From: Candidatus Altiarchaeota archaeon
Lineage (GTDB): Archaea; Altiarchaeota; Altiarchaeia; IMC4; SCGC-AAA252-I15
Direction: 5' to 3'
NCBI GenBank assembly: GCA_043800255.1
Contig: JAZDNF010000001.1
Span: forward strand, 192,001 to 256,000
Length of the DNA stretch: 64,000 bases
Below are positions 9,242 to 20,326 of this stretch, in pieces (the stretch's first letter is position 1; every line of letters begins with the position of its first letter). The position numbers and the translations under genes are program-made. The notes beneath the pieces were generated by a model, which was given only the letters and a program-made list of their open reading frames with translations, was not told the origin of the DNA and did not search any database.

Positions 9242-10375
9242 ATGGCAGAGAAGCGGGACTATTACGATGTTCTAGGCGTGGGCAGAAGCGCGTCGCAGTC
9301 TGAGATAAAGAAGGCCTACCGGGGACTGGCGAAAAAGTACCATCCTGACGTGAGCAAGAGCCACGACGCAGAGGAGAAGTTCAAGGAGATGTCCGAGGCT
9401 TACGAGGTTCTGGCAGACGAGGGCAAGAGGCAGTTGTACGACCAGTACGGGCATGCTGGCGTGAGCGGCCAGTTCACCGGAGGCGGATTCAGCTGGGACG
9501 ACTTCACCCACTTCTCGGACATAGAGGACCTCTTCGGTGGCGAATTCTTCGGGAGGAACATATTCGACGTCTTCGTCGGAGGCAGGAGGCAGAGGCGGTC
9601 CGGTCCGCAGAGGGGCGCAGACCTGAGGCACGACCTTGAGACGACATTGGAAGATGCTGCTAGAGGGCTGAAGGCCGAGATTAGCATTCCGAGGCAGATG
9701 AAATGCGGCGCATGCAACGGCAGCGGCGCCGAGAAGGGCTCAAAGCCGAGGACATGCCCGAACTGCTCGGGAACCGGGCAGCAGAGGAGCGAGAGGAGAA
9801 CTCCTTTCGGATTCTTCTCGACCATAACTGCATGCGGCAAATGCAACGGCAGGGGGGAGTTCATAGAAAAGCCGTGCGAGGAGTGCAATGGCACTGGCAT
9901 AGTACAGCAGATGCAGAGGCTGTCTTTGAAGATTCCTGCCGGCGTGAACTCCGGCTCCCACTTGCGGGTTAGGGGGGAGGGTGATGCAGGCTTCAGAGGG
10001 GGGCCTCCAGGAGACCTCTACGTTGTCATAACCGTGAAACCCCACAATTTCTTCGTCAGGGATGGCGATGACCTTTACTGTGAGATTCCTCTGACGTTCT
10101 CGCAGGCTGCCATTGGGTCTGCAATCGATGTTCCAACCCTCACAGGAGAGGCCAAGCTTAAAATTCCAACCGGGACGCAGACTGGCACAGTCTTCAGGCT
10201 CAGGGGTGAGGGGATGCCCCGCCTGGGCGGCTCAAGCAAGGGAGATCAGATGTGCAGGGTCAGAGTCCAGACTCCCAAAAAGTTGTCTAAGAGGGAGAGG
10301 GAGCTCTTCGAGGAGCTTTCCGGCTTCGAGCGGAAGGAGGGGTTCTTCGACAGGGTGAGAAGCACGTTCAGCTGA
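9242..10375 (+). CDS. dnaJ: molecular chaperone DnaJ
   Basis: J-domain HPD, G/F-rich region, four CxxCxGxG repeats. Confidence 0.99.
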   Translation: MAEKRDYYDVLGVGRSASQSEIKKAYRGLAKKYHPDVSKSHDAEEKFKEMSEAYEVLADEGKRQLYDQYGHAGVSGQFTGGGFSWDDFTHFSDIEDLFGGEFFGRNIFDVFVGGRRQRRSGPQRGADLRHDLETTLEDAARGLKAEISIPRQMKCGACNGSGAEKGSKPRTCPNCSGTGQQRSERRTPFGFFSTITACGKCNGRGEFIEKPCEECNGTGIVQQMQRLSLKIPAGVNSGSHLRVRGEGDAGFRGGPPGDLYVVITVKPHNFFVRDGDDLYCEIPLTFSQAAIGSAIDVPTLTGEAKLKIPTGTQTGTVFRLRGEGMPRLGGSSKGDQMCRVRVQTPKKLSKRERELFEELSGFERKEGFFDRVRSTFS

Positions 10376-10468
10376 ATTTATCCTATCTCTCATGCAACAG
10401 CCGAATCTGGCAGTCAACTTACATTAATAAGTAGGAGAATTTTTATGCTCTCCTGCATATTATAGAAT

Positions 10469-11029
10469 ATGGCGTTGCCGCTTCTCACCGATATCGGGAA
10501 AATCAGGCGGGAGCTGGGCATCACCCAGACCGAGCTGGCCAAGAAGGCGAAGGTCTCACAGTCTCTGATAGCGAGGATAGAGGCTGGCACGGTCGACCCC
10601 CGCTACAGCAACGTGGTCTCAATCCTGCAGGCGTTCGACGAGCTTAAGGTGAAAGAGGTCACAGCTGACAGTATAATGACCAAAGGCTGCATCAGCATAG
10701 AGGCTGACAAGACCATGGGCGCCGTTGCCAGGAAGATGAAGAACAACGGCGTCTCCCAGATGCCTGTCTTCGATGGCAACATGATTGTGGGCGCGGTTTC
10801 GGAGAAGACCGTGCTGGAGCCGATTGCCAGGGGAGGAGACCTTAAGAAAATATCCTCCGATCCGGTTAGAGAGCACATGGAGGCCGCATTTCCGACCATC
10901 AGCCCAGACACGCCGTTGAGCGTTATCTCAACCATATTAGAGCACAATACTGCGGTCATAGTCATGGACAAGGGCAGATTATCCGGCATAATAACGAAAG
11001 CAGACCTGCTGAAGTTCGTGCACGGCTGA
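10469..11029 (+). CDS. XRE-type HTH plus CBS-pair transcriptional regulator
   Basis: R.ELGITQTELAKKAKVSQSLIARIE followed by two CBS domains (GIITKADLL). Confidence 0.9.
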   Translation: MALPLLTDIGKIRRELGITQTELAKKAKVSQSLIARIEAGTVDPRYSNVVSILQAFDELKVKEVTADSIMTKGCISIEADKTMGAVARKMKNNGVSQMPVFDGNMIVGAVSEKTVLEPIARGGDLKKISSDPVREHMEAAFPTISPDTPLSVISTILEHNTAVIVMDKGRLSGIITKADLLKFVHG

Positions 11030-11064
11030 AGCTTTATATTAGGCTATTACCATTGTTTTCTATC

Positions 11065-12321
11065 ATGGGCACCCTCTCTGAGAAGATAATAGGAGCGCAT
11101 GTCGGTAGAAAAGTCACTGCTGGGGAGATAGTAGTAACTAACGTTGACATCACGGCATTGCAGGACACTACCGGGCCTCTTACTGTCAGAAAGTTTTACG
11201 AGATGGGCTTCTCCTCTGTGAAGAATCCTGCGAAGTCTTTCATATTCTTGGACCACTGCGCTCCCTCTCCCTCGAAGGAGCAGGCTAACGACCACAAGCT
11301 GCTGAGGGAGTTCGCCCGCAAGACAGGAGTTAGAATGCACAGGATAGGGGAGGGCGTCATCCACCAGATACTCTTGGAACGTTATGTCTCGCCTGGCGAA
11401 ATCCTGGTCGGCTCCGACAGCCACACCTGCACTGGCGGGGCTATCGGGGCGTTCTCAACAGGCATGGGCTCGACTGACGTTGCAGTTGCTATGGCGTTGG
11501 GCATGACCTGGCTTAAAGTTCCGGATTCACTGGGTTTCGAAGTCAGCGGAAAGTTCAAGAAGGGAGTTTACCCAAAGGATCTGATACTTGACATCGTCGG
11601 CATGCTGGGAGCTGACGGCGCGACCTATAAGGCGATGGAGTTCTCTGGCGAAACTATAAAGAAGATGGAAGTCGGCGACAGGGCTACCTTGGCGAACATG
11701 GCAGTTGAAGCTGGCGCGAAGACCGGCTTGTTCCCCTCAGATGGGAACACGAAAAAATTCCTGAAGGACAACGACAGGGGAAAGGACTATATTGAGTTGA
11801 AGCCGGATTCTGATGCCAGCTATGAGAAAGTTTACAAGGTAAACGTTGACGAGCTCAAGCCTGTCGTGTCGCTGCCGCACACGGTAGACAACGTCCGCCC
11901 GATAGACCACGAGGACTGCGCCAACATCTCAGTCGATCAGGTTTTCATCGGCAGCTGCACCGACGGCAGGCTGGAGGACCTCCATGTTGCTGCTTCCATC
12001 CTGAAGGACAAGATGGTGGCAGACAGCGTCCGCCTTATCGTGGTGCCAGCATCGGAGAAAGTCTACCTTGATGCTATCCGCGATGGAACGCTCGAAATTC
12101 TTGTGGAAGCTGGAGCCGCTGTCCAGAATCCAGGCTGCGGGCCCTGCCTTGGAATCCACCAGGGCGCATTGGCTGACGGCGAAGTCTGCGTTTCCACTTC
12201 TAACAGGAACTTCAAGGGGAGGATGGGTAATCCAGAGGCGTCAATAATACTTGCCAGTCCTGCGACCGCGGCTGCATCAGCTTTAACCGGGAAACTGACA
12301 GACCCGAGGGATTACCTATGA
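11065..12321 (+). CDS. 3-isopropylmalate dehydratase/(homo)aconitase family large subunit
   Basis: DSHTCT.GA, IGSCT.GR, PGCGPCLG, NRNF.GRMG; exact substrate uncertain. Confidence 0.92.
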   Translation: MGTLSEKIIGAHVGRKVTAGEIVVTNVDITALQDTTGPLTVRKFYEMGFSSVKNPAKSFIFLDHCAPSPSKEQANDHKLLREFARKTGVRMHRIGEGVIHQILLERYVSPGEILVGSDSHTCTGGAIGAFSTGMGSTDVAVAMALGMTWLKVPDSLGFEVSGKFKKGVYPKDLILDIVGMLGADGATYKAMEFSGETIKKMEVGDRATLANMAVEAGAKTGLFPSDGNTKKFLKDNDRGKDYIELKPDSDASYEKVYKVNVDELKPVVSLPHTVDNVRPIDHEDCANISVDQVFIGSCTDGRLEDLHVAASILKDKMVADSVRLIVVPASEKVYLDAIRDGTLEILVEAGAAVQNPGCGPCLGIHQGALADGEVCVSTSNRNFKGRMGNPEASIILASPATAAASALTGKLTDPRDYL

Positions 12322-12815
12322 AATTGAAGGGAAGAGCGCACAAATTCGGCGACTCCATAAGCACTGACCTTATCACGCCGGGCAGGTACGCGAAGCTTAG
12401 GAGCAATCTGCCTGAGCTTGCCAAGCACACTTTGGAGGATGCTGACACTGATTTCGTTAAAAAGGTGAAGAGGGGCGACTTCGTGGTCGGAGGTAAAAAT
12501 TTCGGCCTTGGAAGCTCCAGAGAACATGCTGCCATCGTCATCAAATTGTGCGGCGTCTCCGCTGTGCTGGCCGAATCTTTCGCAAGAATATTCTACCGGA
12601 ATTGCATCAACGTGGGCCTGCCTGCGATAGAGGTTGACACTTCCAGCATAGAAGCCGGAGACGAGCTTGAAGTCGACCTCGGGAAGGGCACAGTCAGGAA
12701 CCTCTCCAAGAAGTCCGAGCTGAAATTCCACTCCATGCCGTCCATCATGACCGACATCCTCAAAGAGGGCGGCCTAGTCGAATACATCCAAAAGAACAAA
12801 AAACTCAAACTTTAG
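12318..12815 (+). CDS. 3-isopropylmalate dehydratase/(homo)aconitase family small subunit
   Basis: [34 protein letters not shown]; ATGA overlap with the large subunit. Confidence 0.92.
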   Translation: MKLKGRAHKFGDSISTDLITPGRYAKLRSNLPELAKHTLEDADTDFVKKVKRGDFVVGGKNFGLGSSREHAAIVIKLCGVSAVLAESFARIFYRNCINVGLPAIEVDTSSIEAGDELEVDLGKGTVRNLSKKSELKFHSMPSIMTDILKEGGLVEYIQKNKKLKL

Positions 12816-12858
12816 CGCCTATCCTGATTTTAATCTTTTGTATCCTAATATTCTCTTT

Positions 12859-13932
12859 ATGCACAGAGTCACTCTAATACCTGGCGATGGGGTTGGGCCT
12901 GAGATTGCGGAGGCTGCTAGGAGGTGTATTGAGGCTACTGGGGTTAAGATAGGTTGGGATGTTGTGGAGGCTGGCGCCGATGTTGTGCAGGAGTATGGGA
13001 CTCCGTTGCCTGAGCATGTTCTCAAGTCGATACGGAAGAATACGGTTGCTTTGAAGGGTCCTATCACGACGCCATTGGGCGGCGGGTTCAGGAGCGTTAA
13101 CGTCGCATTGCGGAAGGAGCTTGACTTGTATGCATGCGTGCGGCCGTGCAAGTACTATGAGGGTGTCAGGTCTAAGTATCCTGGAGTCAACATTGTCGTA
13201 GTGAGGGAGAATACTGAAGACCTCTATGCTGGAATCGAGTTTGAACAGGGTAAGAAGGAGACTAAGGATATCATTGAGGCTGTGAAAAGGCTGTCTGGCG
13301 CTGTCATAAAGTCCGACTCCGGCATCAGCATAAAGCCTATCTCCATCTCAGGCACGGAGAGGATTGTGAGATTCGCATTCGAGTATGCAGTAAAGAACAA
13401 CCGGGAGAAGGTAACGGCTGTGACAAAATCGAACATCATGAAATATTCTGATGGCCTCTTCATGAGAGTCGCTGAGGAGGTGTCGAAAAAGTACGAGCTC
13501 GGGTACGAGCACATGCTCGTTGACAACATGTGCATGCAGCTGGTGCAGAAGCCTGAGCTCTATGATGTCCTGGTGCTGCCTAACCTTTATGGTGACATAA
13601 TCTCAGACCTGTGCGCCGGCCTCGTCGGAGGCTTAGGCGTCGCCCCAGGCGCGAACATAGGAGAAAAGTACGCTGTGTTCGAGCCAACCCACGGGAGCGC
13701 CCCAAAATATAAGGGCCAGAACAGGGTGAACCCGACCGCTATGATACTGTCAGGCGCCATGATGCTGAGGCATGTCGGGGAGGAGACGGCAGGGAACAGG
13801 CTAGAGAATGCAGTCGCTGAGGTGCTGAAGGAAGGTAAGAAGGTAACCTATGACCTGAAGCCGGACAGGGACGATCCCAAGGCCGCGAAAACCTCGGAGA
13901 TGGCTGACGAAATAATACGGAAACTCAAATAG
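12859..13932 (+). CDS. isocitrate/isopropylmalate dehydrogenase family protein
   Basis: [43 protein letters not shown]. Confidence 0.93.
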   Translation: MHRVTLIPGDGVGPEIAEAARRCIEATGVKIGWDVVEAGADVVQEYGTPLPEHVLKSIRKNTVALKGPITTPLGGGFRSVNVALRKELDLYACVRPCKYYEGVRSKYPGVNIVVVRENTEDLYAGIEFEQGKKETKDIIEAVKRLSGAVIKSDSGISIKPISISGTERIVRFAFEYAVKNNREKVTAVTKSNIMKYSDGLFMRVAEEVSKKYELGYEHMLVDNMCMQLVQKPELYDVLVLPNLYGDIISDLCAGLVGGLGVAPGANIGEKYAVFEPTHGSAPKYKGQNRVNPTAMILSGAMMLRHVGEETAGNRLENAVAEVLKEGKKVTYDLKPDRDDPKAAKTSEMADEIIRKLK

Positions 13933-13974
13933 TTCGGACTTTTTATTCTAACCGTCCATTAGTTATGGATTAGG

Positions 13975-15213
13975 ATGGCTAAACCGATAATACGGATTAT
14001 CGACGTCACGAACAGGGACGGGGTGCAGACTTCCAGGCTAGGTTTGGCGAAGCTGCAGAAGACTATGACAAACCTGTTCCTGAACGAGATGGGCGTCTTC
14101 CAGAGCGAGTTCGGCTTCCCCTTGACACGCCATGAGACCAACTATCTGAACGCTAACCTTGAATTGGCCAGAAAAGGCGTTCTGAAGCCCATACTTCTGA
14201 GCGGGTGGATCAGGGCGATAACCGCGGACGTGAAGAAGACTTTTGAGATGGTGCCGGAGATCAAAAACCTTAACCTCAGCATCTCGACATCCGACCAGAT
14301 GATACAGGGAAAATTCAAAGGAAAATACACGCGGAAGGATATTGTGGACATGATGACTGAGGCGGTTGACAAGGCATATGAGCTGGGAGCCAAGAGGGTC
14401 GGTGTGAACGCTGAAGACGCGTCAAGAACCGAGATGAAGTACCTAGTAAAGTTCGCCGAAGCCGCGAAGGAGCGCGGCGCCAAAACCCTGAGATACTGTG
14501 ACACACTGGGATACGATGACCCGTTCACAGCCTACGACAGAATCAGAGCGCTTGTGAAGAACGTCAAAATCCCGATTGAGATGCACTGCCACAACGACTT
14601 AGGCATGGCCGTTGCCTGCTCTGTCGCAGGAGCCAAGGCAGCAGTAGACGGGGGAGTTGACGCTTACATAAACACCACAGTGAACGGCATGGGGGAGCGG
14701 GCAGGCAACGCCGACCTGGTTTCAATAATACTGGCACTGAAAAAATCCAGCGGCTTTGAAGGAAAATACACGCTGGACCCGAACACGAAACTCAACGTCG
14801 CATGGAAGATTGCGAAATACGGGTCATACGCTTTCGATGTGCCTATACCCATGAACCAGCCTGCAGTCGGAGCCAACGCGTTCGCGCACGAGTCAGGCAT
14901 CCACGCTGACGGAGCGCTCAAAGACTGGAGGAACTACGAGCTGTACAGTTATGAGGAGCTTGGCAGAGGCGAGCCTGAGATAATAGAGACCGGTAGGATG
15001 ATAACCGCTGGAGAATACAGCGGAATCAAGGGCTTCAGGAATGTGGCAGGAAACCTTGAGATAAAGTTCAAAAACGACGATGATGCTAAGAAGATACTGG
15101 AACTCGTGAGGTACGCGAACGTCCACACGCAGAAGCCTCTGACAGAGGACGAGCTGAGGTTCATATCAAAGTATCCTGAGGAAGCTCAGAAGATACTGAC
15201 GGTAACGCCCTAA
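13975..15213 (+). CDS. DRE-TIM metallolyase, probable Re-citrate synthase (homocitrate synthase-like)
   Basis: DVTNRDGVQT, EMHCHNDLGMA, G.GERAGN, AHESGIH; from memory closely resembles the Dehalococcoides Re-citrate synthase. Confidence 0.8.
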   Translation: MAKPIIRIIDVTNRDGVQTSRLGLAKLQKTMTNLFLNEMGVFQSEFGFPLTRHETNYLNANLELARKGVLKPILLSGWIRAITADVKKTFEMVPEIKNLNLSISTSDQMIQGKFKGKYTRKDIVDMMTEAVDKAYELGAKRVGVNAEDASRTEMKYLVKFAEAAKERGAKTLRYCDTLGYDDPFTAYDRIRALVKNVKIPIEMHCHNDLGMAVACSVAGAKAAVDGGVDAYINTTVNGMGERAGNADLVSIILALKKSSGFEGKYTLDPNTKLNVAWKIAKYGSYAFDVPIPMNQPAVGANAFAHESGIHADGALKDWRNYELYSYEELGRGEPEIIETGRMITAGEYSGIKGFRNVAGNLEIKFKNDDDAKKILELVRYANVHTQKPLTEDELRFISKYPEEAQKILTVTP

Positions 15214-15272
15214 ACGGAGCGGATGCTACGTATTTATAGTGTCAGTGAGATTAGTAAAATCTAGGTGATGTG

Positions 15273-16340
15273 ATGCCGTCTAAGATGCTTTTTATCCCAG
15301 GCCCGGTTGACGTAAGCCCTGATGTGGCTGCCAAGATGTCCGAGCCTATGATAGGCCACAGGGGCAAAGGCTATTCTGACCTTCACGGCTCATGCGTTGC
15401 CAGCCTGAAGAAGCTGATGAAGACCGAGAACGAGGTCTTCCTGTCAGCGACGTCAAGCACCGGCTGGATGGAAGCCGCAGTAAGGAATTGCATTTCTAAA
15501 AAGGCACTGCACGTCGTCAACGGCGCCTTCAGCAAAAGGTGGGCTGAAATCTCGCCAGCATGCGAGAAAAAATCAGACATAATCGACATAAGCTGGGGCA
15601 GCGCAGCGAAGCCTGATGATGTCGAAGACAAGCTCAACAGCGGCGAATATGACACGCTCTTCATAACACACAATGAGACCAGCACAGGCGTTATGACGCC
15701 CTTGGACGGTTTCGGCAGACTATGCAAGGACAACAACGTAATCTTCTGCGTTGACGCTGTCAGCAGCATGGCCGGCGTTGACATACCGGTCGACAAACTC
15801 GGCATAGACGTCCTGGTGACCGGCACCCAGAAGTGCTTCGCAGTCGCTCCGGGGCTGGCGATGACCTCTGTAAGCAGCAGAGCGCTTGAGAGGTCGAAGA
15901 GTGCGAAAGACAAGGGATACTATTTCGACTATCAGGTGTACCTGAAGAATCAGGCTAAAAATCACACCCCCTCAACGCCTCCGATACCTCAGATTAACGC
16001 CTTAGATTACCAGCTCAAAAAAATATTCGAGAAGGAAGGCCTTGAGAACAGGTTCACGAGGCATGCTGAGATGGCATCCTACACTCGGAAGTGGGCTGAA
16101 AAGAATTTCCAGCTTTTCCCCGAGAGATGGTGCCTCTCCGACACCGTAACCTGCATCAAGAACACAAAGAGCTCGGACCTTGAGGACCTGAAGACGAAGC
16201 TTTCCGGCAGGGGTTACGTGTTCTCGAACGGCTACGGCAAATTGAAGGGCGAGACCTTCAGGATAGCGCACATGGGCGACAGAAAAATCGAAGAGCTTAA
16301 AAAATACCTGAAAACGATAGACGAACTGTTGGGATTGTGA
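15273..16340 (+). CDS. class V PLP aminotransferase (serine-pyruvate / archaeal phosphoserine aminotransferase type)
   Basis: LFIPGPV, HNETSTG, VDAVSS, GTQK (PLP lysine), FRIAHMG; adjacent to serA. Confidence 0.9.
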   Translation: MPSKMLFIPGPVDVSPDVAAKMSEPMIGHRGKGYSDLHGSCVASLKKLMKTENEVFLSATSSTGWMEAAVRNCISKKALHVVNGAFSKRWAEISPACEKKSDIIDISWGSAAKPDDVEDKLNSGEYDTLFITHNETSTGVMTPLDGFGRLCKDNNVIFCVDAVSSMAGVDIPVDKLGIDVLVTGTQKCFAVAPGLAMTSVSSRALERSKSAKDKGYYFDYQVYLKNQAKNHTPSTPPIPQINALDYQLKKIFEKEGLENRFTRHAEMASYTRKWAEKNFQLFPERWCLSDTVTCIKNTKSSDLEDLKTKLSGRGYVFSNGYGKLKGETFRIAHMGDRKIEELKKYLKTIDELLGL

Positions 16341-16342
16341 AC

Positions 16343-17254
16343 ATGAAAGCTAAGATACTGATAGCGGACAAGATACATGAGACTGCGGTGAAGGAGGCCG
16401 GGAAGTTCGCGGAAGTCGACTGCCAGTTCGACATCACTCCCGAAGAGCTTCTCAAGAAGATATCAAAATATGACGCCATCATAGTGAGGAGCAGGACCAA
16501 GGTGACTGCCGAAGTCATCAAGGCCTCCAAATTGAAGGTCATAGGCAGGGCCGGCGTCGGCTTGGACAACATTGACGTCAAGGCTGCCAAGGCGAAGGGC
16601 ATTGAGATCGTCAACTCCCCCGAAGCGTCGACCATAGCAGTTGCAGAGCACACGATTGCCCTGATGCTTTCGATAATGCGCAGGATACCGCACGCCCACC
16701 AGTCGATGCAGGCCGGCAAGTGGGAGCGCAAGAAGTTCATGGGCAACGAACTCTACAACAGGACGTTGGGCGTCATAGGGTTCGGCAGAATCGGAAGGGA
16801 AGTGGCGATGAGAGCCTATGCATTCGGCATGAGTATACTGGCCTACGATCCTAATATCACCCATGAGGATGCGAGAGAGTACAATGTGAAGCTCGTCGAA
16901 CTGGACGAGTTGCTGAGGAAATCTGACATAATCACCCTCCACGTTCCAGCTGTTGAGAGCACCATAGGATTAATCAACACTACCCGTTTGAAGCTGATGA
17001 AAAAGTCGGCAATACTCGTAAACGCGTCAAGGGGGGCTGTAGTGGACGAGAAAGCCCTCGCCGACGCGCTCAAAAATGGCGTAATAGCTGGCGCGGCCTT
17101 GGACGTGTACCAGAAGGAGCCGCCTGAGGGAAGCCCACTCATAGGATTGGACAATGTTGTACTCGTTCCTCACATCGGGGCGTCAACAGACGAGGCCCAG
17201 AGGAACGCCGGCCAGGTCGTAGTCGACAAAATAAAAAATATTCTCCTAAAATAG
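16343..17254 (+). CDS. serA: D-3-phosphoglycerate dehydrogenase (short form without ACT domain)
   Basis: IGRAGVGLDNID, AVAEH, GFGRIG, N.SRG.VVDE, PHIGAST.EAQ. Confidence 0.88.
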   Translation: MKAKILIADKIHETAVKEAGKFAEVDCQFDITPEELLKKISKYDAIIVRSRTKVTAEVIKASKLKVIGRAGVGLDNIDVKAAKAKGIEIVNSPEASTIAVAEHTIALMLSIMRRIPHAHQSMQAGKWERKKFMGNELYNRTLGVIGFGRIGREVAMRAYAFGMSILAYDPNITHEDAREYNVKLVELDELLRKSDIITLHVPAVESTIGLINTTRLKLMKKSAILVNASRGAVVDEKALADALKNGVIAGAALDVYQKEPPEGSPLIGLDNVVLVPHIGASTDEAQRNAGQVVVDKIKNILLK

Positions 17255-17270
17255 ATGGGAGGCGGCGTGG

Positions 17271-19643
17271 ATGGAATCCAAGACTGCTAGGGCTCTGCTG
17301 ATACTGGCCATACTGTCCACCAGCATCATTCTAAGCATACGATTGTACGGTGCCTACGATTCCCTTGGTGTTAATAGGCGCATCTACCATTGCCTTGACT
17401 TCATCGAGGACGGTGCATTATACGGCGGCCAACCCTATTGTGCTCAGCCTCCTGTCACCTATTTTTTAGCTTATTTTCTGCTGAAATCCTTCGGCGAGGA
17501 TGTCATTCCTATGTTTTTCATAATCTTGAACACAGTTGTAAATGCTATACTCTTCCTAATCCTCCATCGTGTCATCATGAGGGAGACAGGATATGATAAC
17601 TATCCACTGATCTTGTTGTTCTACCTGGCATGGGTTTATGTTATGTCTATCAACAGTCCCGATGCGATGCTGTCAACGTTTTTCCTCTTTCTTGGATTCT
17701 ATACTCTATTCCATTCGAACATCAAGGCCAAGCATTTGCTTTCTGGCATATTCTTCTCAGTTTCCGTGATGTCAAAGCTGATTAGCGCTCCACAGGTTTT
17801 TGTGATACTCCTCTATTACTTGTTGAGAAGTAAAGCAGTTAGGTTGAGTGTGAATCGACTCGGTATCGGATTCTCCTATGATGTTAACGGTTTAAAGGGT
17901 TTGATCAAAATAGTGTTCCCAGTGGCGCTTTCTTTTACAGCGCTTCTAATAGCATACCCCCACTTTCTAGACTATGTTTTTCTATCGCAACTCAAGCAGG
18001 GTCCGCTCTACCCCCACCATGACGTTAGAGATACCCTAAGGTTTCTTGTACCATTCGATGATAAAGGTCTGAGGAGCAACGTTTTCACCTCGGAAATCGC
18101 ACTAGCGTTATCTCTTATTGTTTTCTTAAGGCGTAGGGACATGTACTCCCTGTGCTCTATCATAGGGGTTTCAATATTCCTGTACCGTCAGACTTGGGCT
18201 TTGGGTGAAATATCCTTGTCATACTTTGGCTTACCATCCTACACCTTTTTCATGGTTGTTTTATTCTGGGCGAAGTCGAAGATTAAAAGAGAGTCCCTGG
18301 TTAATGTCATTTTCACGATTATCCTGGCCTTTCTATTGCTTGGCCATGGTTTTCCAACGGTAAACGAGTATCGCTTAGGCTATTATGATGCTCACAGGCA
18401 TGGGTTGCAAGAACTGGTAGAAGAGCCCCTCGAACTGATCCCGCGTCAGGACAATGTTCTAACGGAGCTCAACCCATCCCGGGGGGTGCTTCCAATTGAC
18501 ATGCCTGTTGGCAGGCGCACTCAACTCTGGGACGAGTACTATGATGGATGGTGGGCTCCTATACTCGTCAACTGGGGTCTGGTCGGTGACCTCCGCCTTT
18601 GGAGGCCGGATACCGAGAACCTGACTCCGAGGGAGCGCCGTATCATAAGAGAAATAGATGATAAGAAGTATGATCTCATAGTATACGGTCCTCAGAACTG
18701 GTACCGCATGATCCATCTCCTAAACAATGTCGAGAAGTCAGCTATACGGGATTATTGCAGTGTCCACCTTCCAAACCTGGACTATTTCACCTACGGAGGA
18801 AGGCACCACACTACGTTGAAGTTCAGGAACCAGTCAGACTGCGATTACATGCTCAAGCTGGTTGGAGCATATTATTCCCAGAATTTCGAGGAAATATGCC
18901 GCAGGGACAAGAATGTTGCGAACGACGTGATTAACACAGTCTTGGGCATGAACGGCATCACCCCCTCAGCGAAGTGCCTCTCAGGCGGTAATCTCGTACA
19001 CTCCTACAATTTTTACCTCAACAGGTTCCCGCCCCAGGATATCCTGGTGTTGGTTTCCATCACGCTCCTCATAGTCCTGTTATACTATCCAAGGTTGCGC
19101 AGGTCTGGAGTATTCGACGAGAGGGTGAAACACTTCGTCTACTTCGAGGCTGTCGCAGTCCTCCTAACCATATTCCTGATTGGAGTCTACTACGGGCAGT
19201 CCCCGCTTTCAAAGCCCTGGTATAATGCAAACCCTCTACTAGAGGAGATAAAACCTATGGTTTCGTCTAAACCTTTGATAAAGTTCGACGACTTCGTCTA
19301 CGGCGTCCGGAAGGATGAAGAAGAGGGCACGCCCAAGGTCAGCGAACTCAAGTGGGAGTACTTTTACATGCCGTTATCCTTGAACACAACATCGAATGAA
19401 GTGTTCTTCAACGGTTACTTCGATCTGCAGGATCCTGACGTCATAGTAACGGCGAAAGACTGCGTAACCGAACTGTACGTCAACGAGATGCTGGTCTCGG
19501 AGAATCCTGAATGCACCGCCTGCAGGGACTGCAGCGGCTTCCAGTTGAACCTTAGGAACTACACTAAACCAGGCTGGAATCTAATAGCTGGGAAAATCAC
19601 GAAACAGGGGGATGAAGTATTCTTCCATGTGGAAGCAAACTAA
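17271..19643 (+). CDS. GT-C fold multi-TM glycosyltransferase-like protein with extracellular domains
   Basis: G..YG..YC.QPP..Y first-loop motif, many TM helices, SK motif, C-terminal jelly-roll-like domain. Confidence 0.65.
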   Translation: MESKTARALLILAILSTSIILSIRLYGAYDSLGVNRRIYHCLDFIEDGALYGGQPYCAQPPVTYFLAYFLLKSFGEDVIPMFFIILNTVVNAILFLILHRVIMRETGYDNYPLILLFYLAWVYVMSINSPDAMLSTFFLFLGFYTLFHSNIKAKHLLSGIFFSVSVMSKLISAPQVFVILLYYLLRSKAVRLSVNRLGIGFSYDVNGLKGLIKIVFPVALSFTALLIAYPHFLDYVFLSQLKQGPLYPHHDVRDTLRFLVPFDDKGLRSNVFTSEIALALSLIVFLRRRDMYSLCSIIGVSIFLYRQTWALGEISLSYFGLPSYTFFMVVLFWAKSKIKRESLVNVIFTIILAFLLLGHGFPTVNEYRLGYYDAHRHGLQELVEEPLELIPRQDNVLTELNPSRGVLPIDMPVGRRTQLWDEYYDGWWAPILVNWGLVGDLRLWRPDTENLTPRERRIIREIDDKKYDLIVYGPQNWYRMIHLLNNVEKSAIRDYCSVHLPNLDYFTYGGRHHTTLKFRNQSDCDYMLKLVGAYYSQNFEEICRRDKNVANDVINTVLGMNGITPSAKCLSGGNLVHSYNFYLNRFPPQDILVLVSITLLIVLLYYPRLRRSGVFDERVKHFVYFEAVAVLLTIFLIGVYYGQSPLSKPWYNANPLLEEIKPMVSSKPLIKFDDFVYGVRKDEEEGTPKVSELKWEYFYMPLSLNTTSNEVFFNGYFDLQDPDVIVTAKDCVTELYVNEMLVSENPECTACRDCSGFQLNLRNYTKPGWNLIAGKITKQGDEVFFHVEAN

Positions 19644-19654
19644 AGAACATCTGT

Positions 19655-19930
19655 TCATCTGTTTTTCAAGCCCCAGGCTGCCATACCAATCGGTATAATA
19701 GCGGCTATCGGGTTTGTCGGAAACAGAGCAATTCCAGCAACTGCTAACCCGCCTATTATAACCGGGTTCTTCAGCGCTTCCCCAACGCTTCCGACACCCC
19801 TATACGTCAGGAGTTCAGGCAGTTTTTGACTTCCGAGCTCCTCCTGAGTCTGCTGTCTTCTGCGACTGGCTTTCATATTATCCCCCGGATTTACTATCTC
19901 AATCTGTGGCGCTCTTTTTTGTCGTTCCAT
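19655..19930 (-). CDS. small membrane protein
   Basis: 91-aa ORF with C-terminal hydrophobic hairpin; 2 nt from the upstream ORF. Confidence 0.55.
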   Translation of the reverse strand: MERQKRAPQIEIVNPGDNMKASRRRQQTQEELGSQKLPELLTYRGVGSVGEALKNPVIIGGLAVAGIALFPTNPIAAIIPIGMAAWGLKNR

Positions 19931-19932
19931 CC

Positions 19933-20196
19933 CTATTTTTTATGCGATTTAAGATTCCTGCCAAGCGTGTCTTCCAGTATGTTCTGCACCCTCAGGAGCT
20001 TATCCTCAGCTATCTTGTGGAATTCTATTGGAGCGATGCCGAAATTATCCTTCTTTCCGACGAAGACAAGCTTTTCCGCGACCGGCACTCCAAGGATGTC
20101 GGCAAGCTCCTGGTTACCTTCCAAATCCCTGATAACGTCCCTTATCAGGTCAACCCTCGCCGCGAAGTCCACAGTATCCCTCCTAACTTCGCCCAT
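19933..20196 (-). CDS. hypothetical protein
   Basis: 87-aa ORF with AT-rich promoter-like sequence upstream. Confidence 0.55.
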   Translation of the reverse strand: MGEVRRDTVDFAARVDLIRDVIRDLEGNQELADILGVPVAEKLVFVGKKDNFGIAPIEFHKIAEDKLLRVQNILEDTLGRNLKSHKK

Positions 20197-20262
20197 GTTA
20201 GTATACCCCCCTACAACCTTAAATATTTAACCCCTAACCGCCAAAAGATAAAGCCCTTAATC

Positions 20263-20326
20263 GGGCTCGTAGATCAGCCTGGATAGCAACCGTCACGCCC
20301 GGTTGACGTGCGGGGGCCATCTTCGC
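20263..20326 (+). pseudogene. 5' half-like copy of tRNA-Ala
   Basis: 20263-20282 is identical to the first 20 nt of the tRNA-Ala at 20369; GCCATC-TT-CGC at 20316-20326. Confidence 0.55.

Noticed and set aside
19560-19643. PGWNLIAG near the C-terminus of the GT-C-like protein as a sixth GWNL tag
   Set aside because: It lacks S[IM]PL, is followed by about 17 more residues, and fits the G.N.I strand of a jelly-roll domain.
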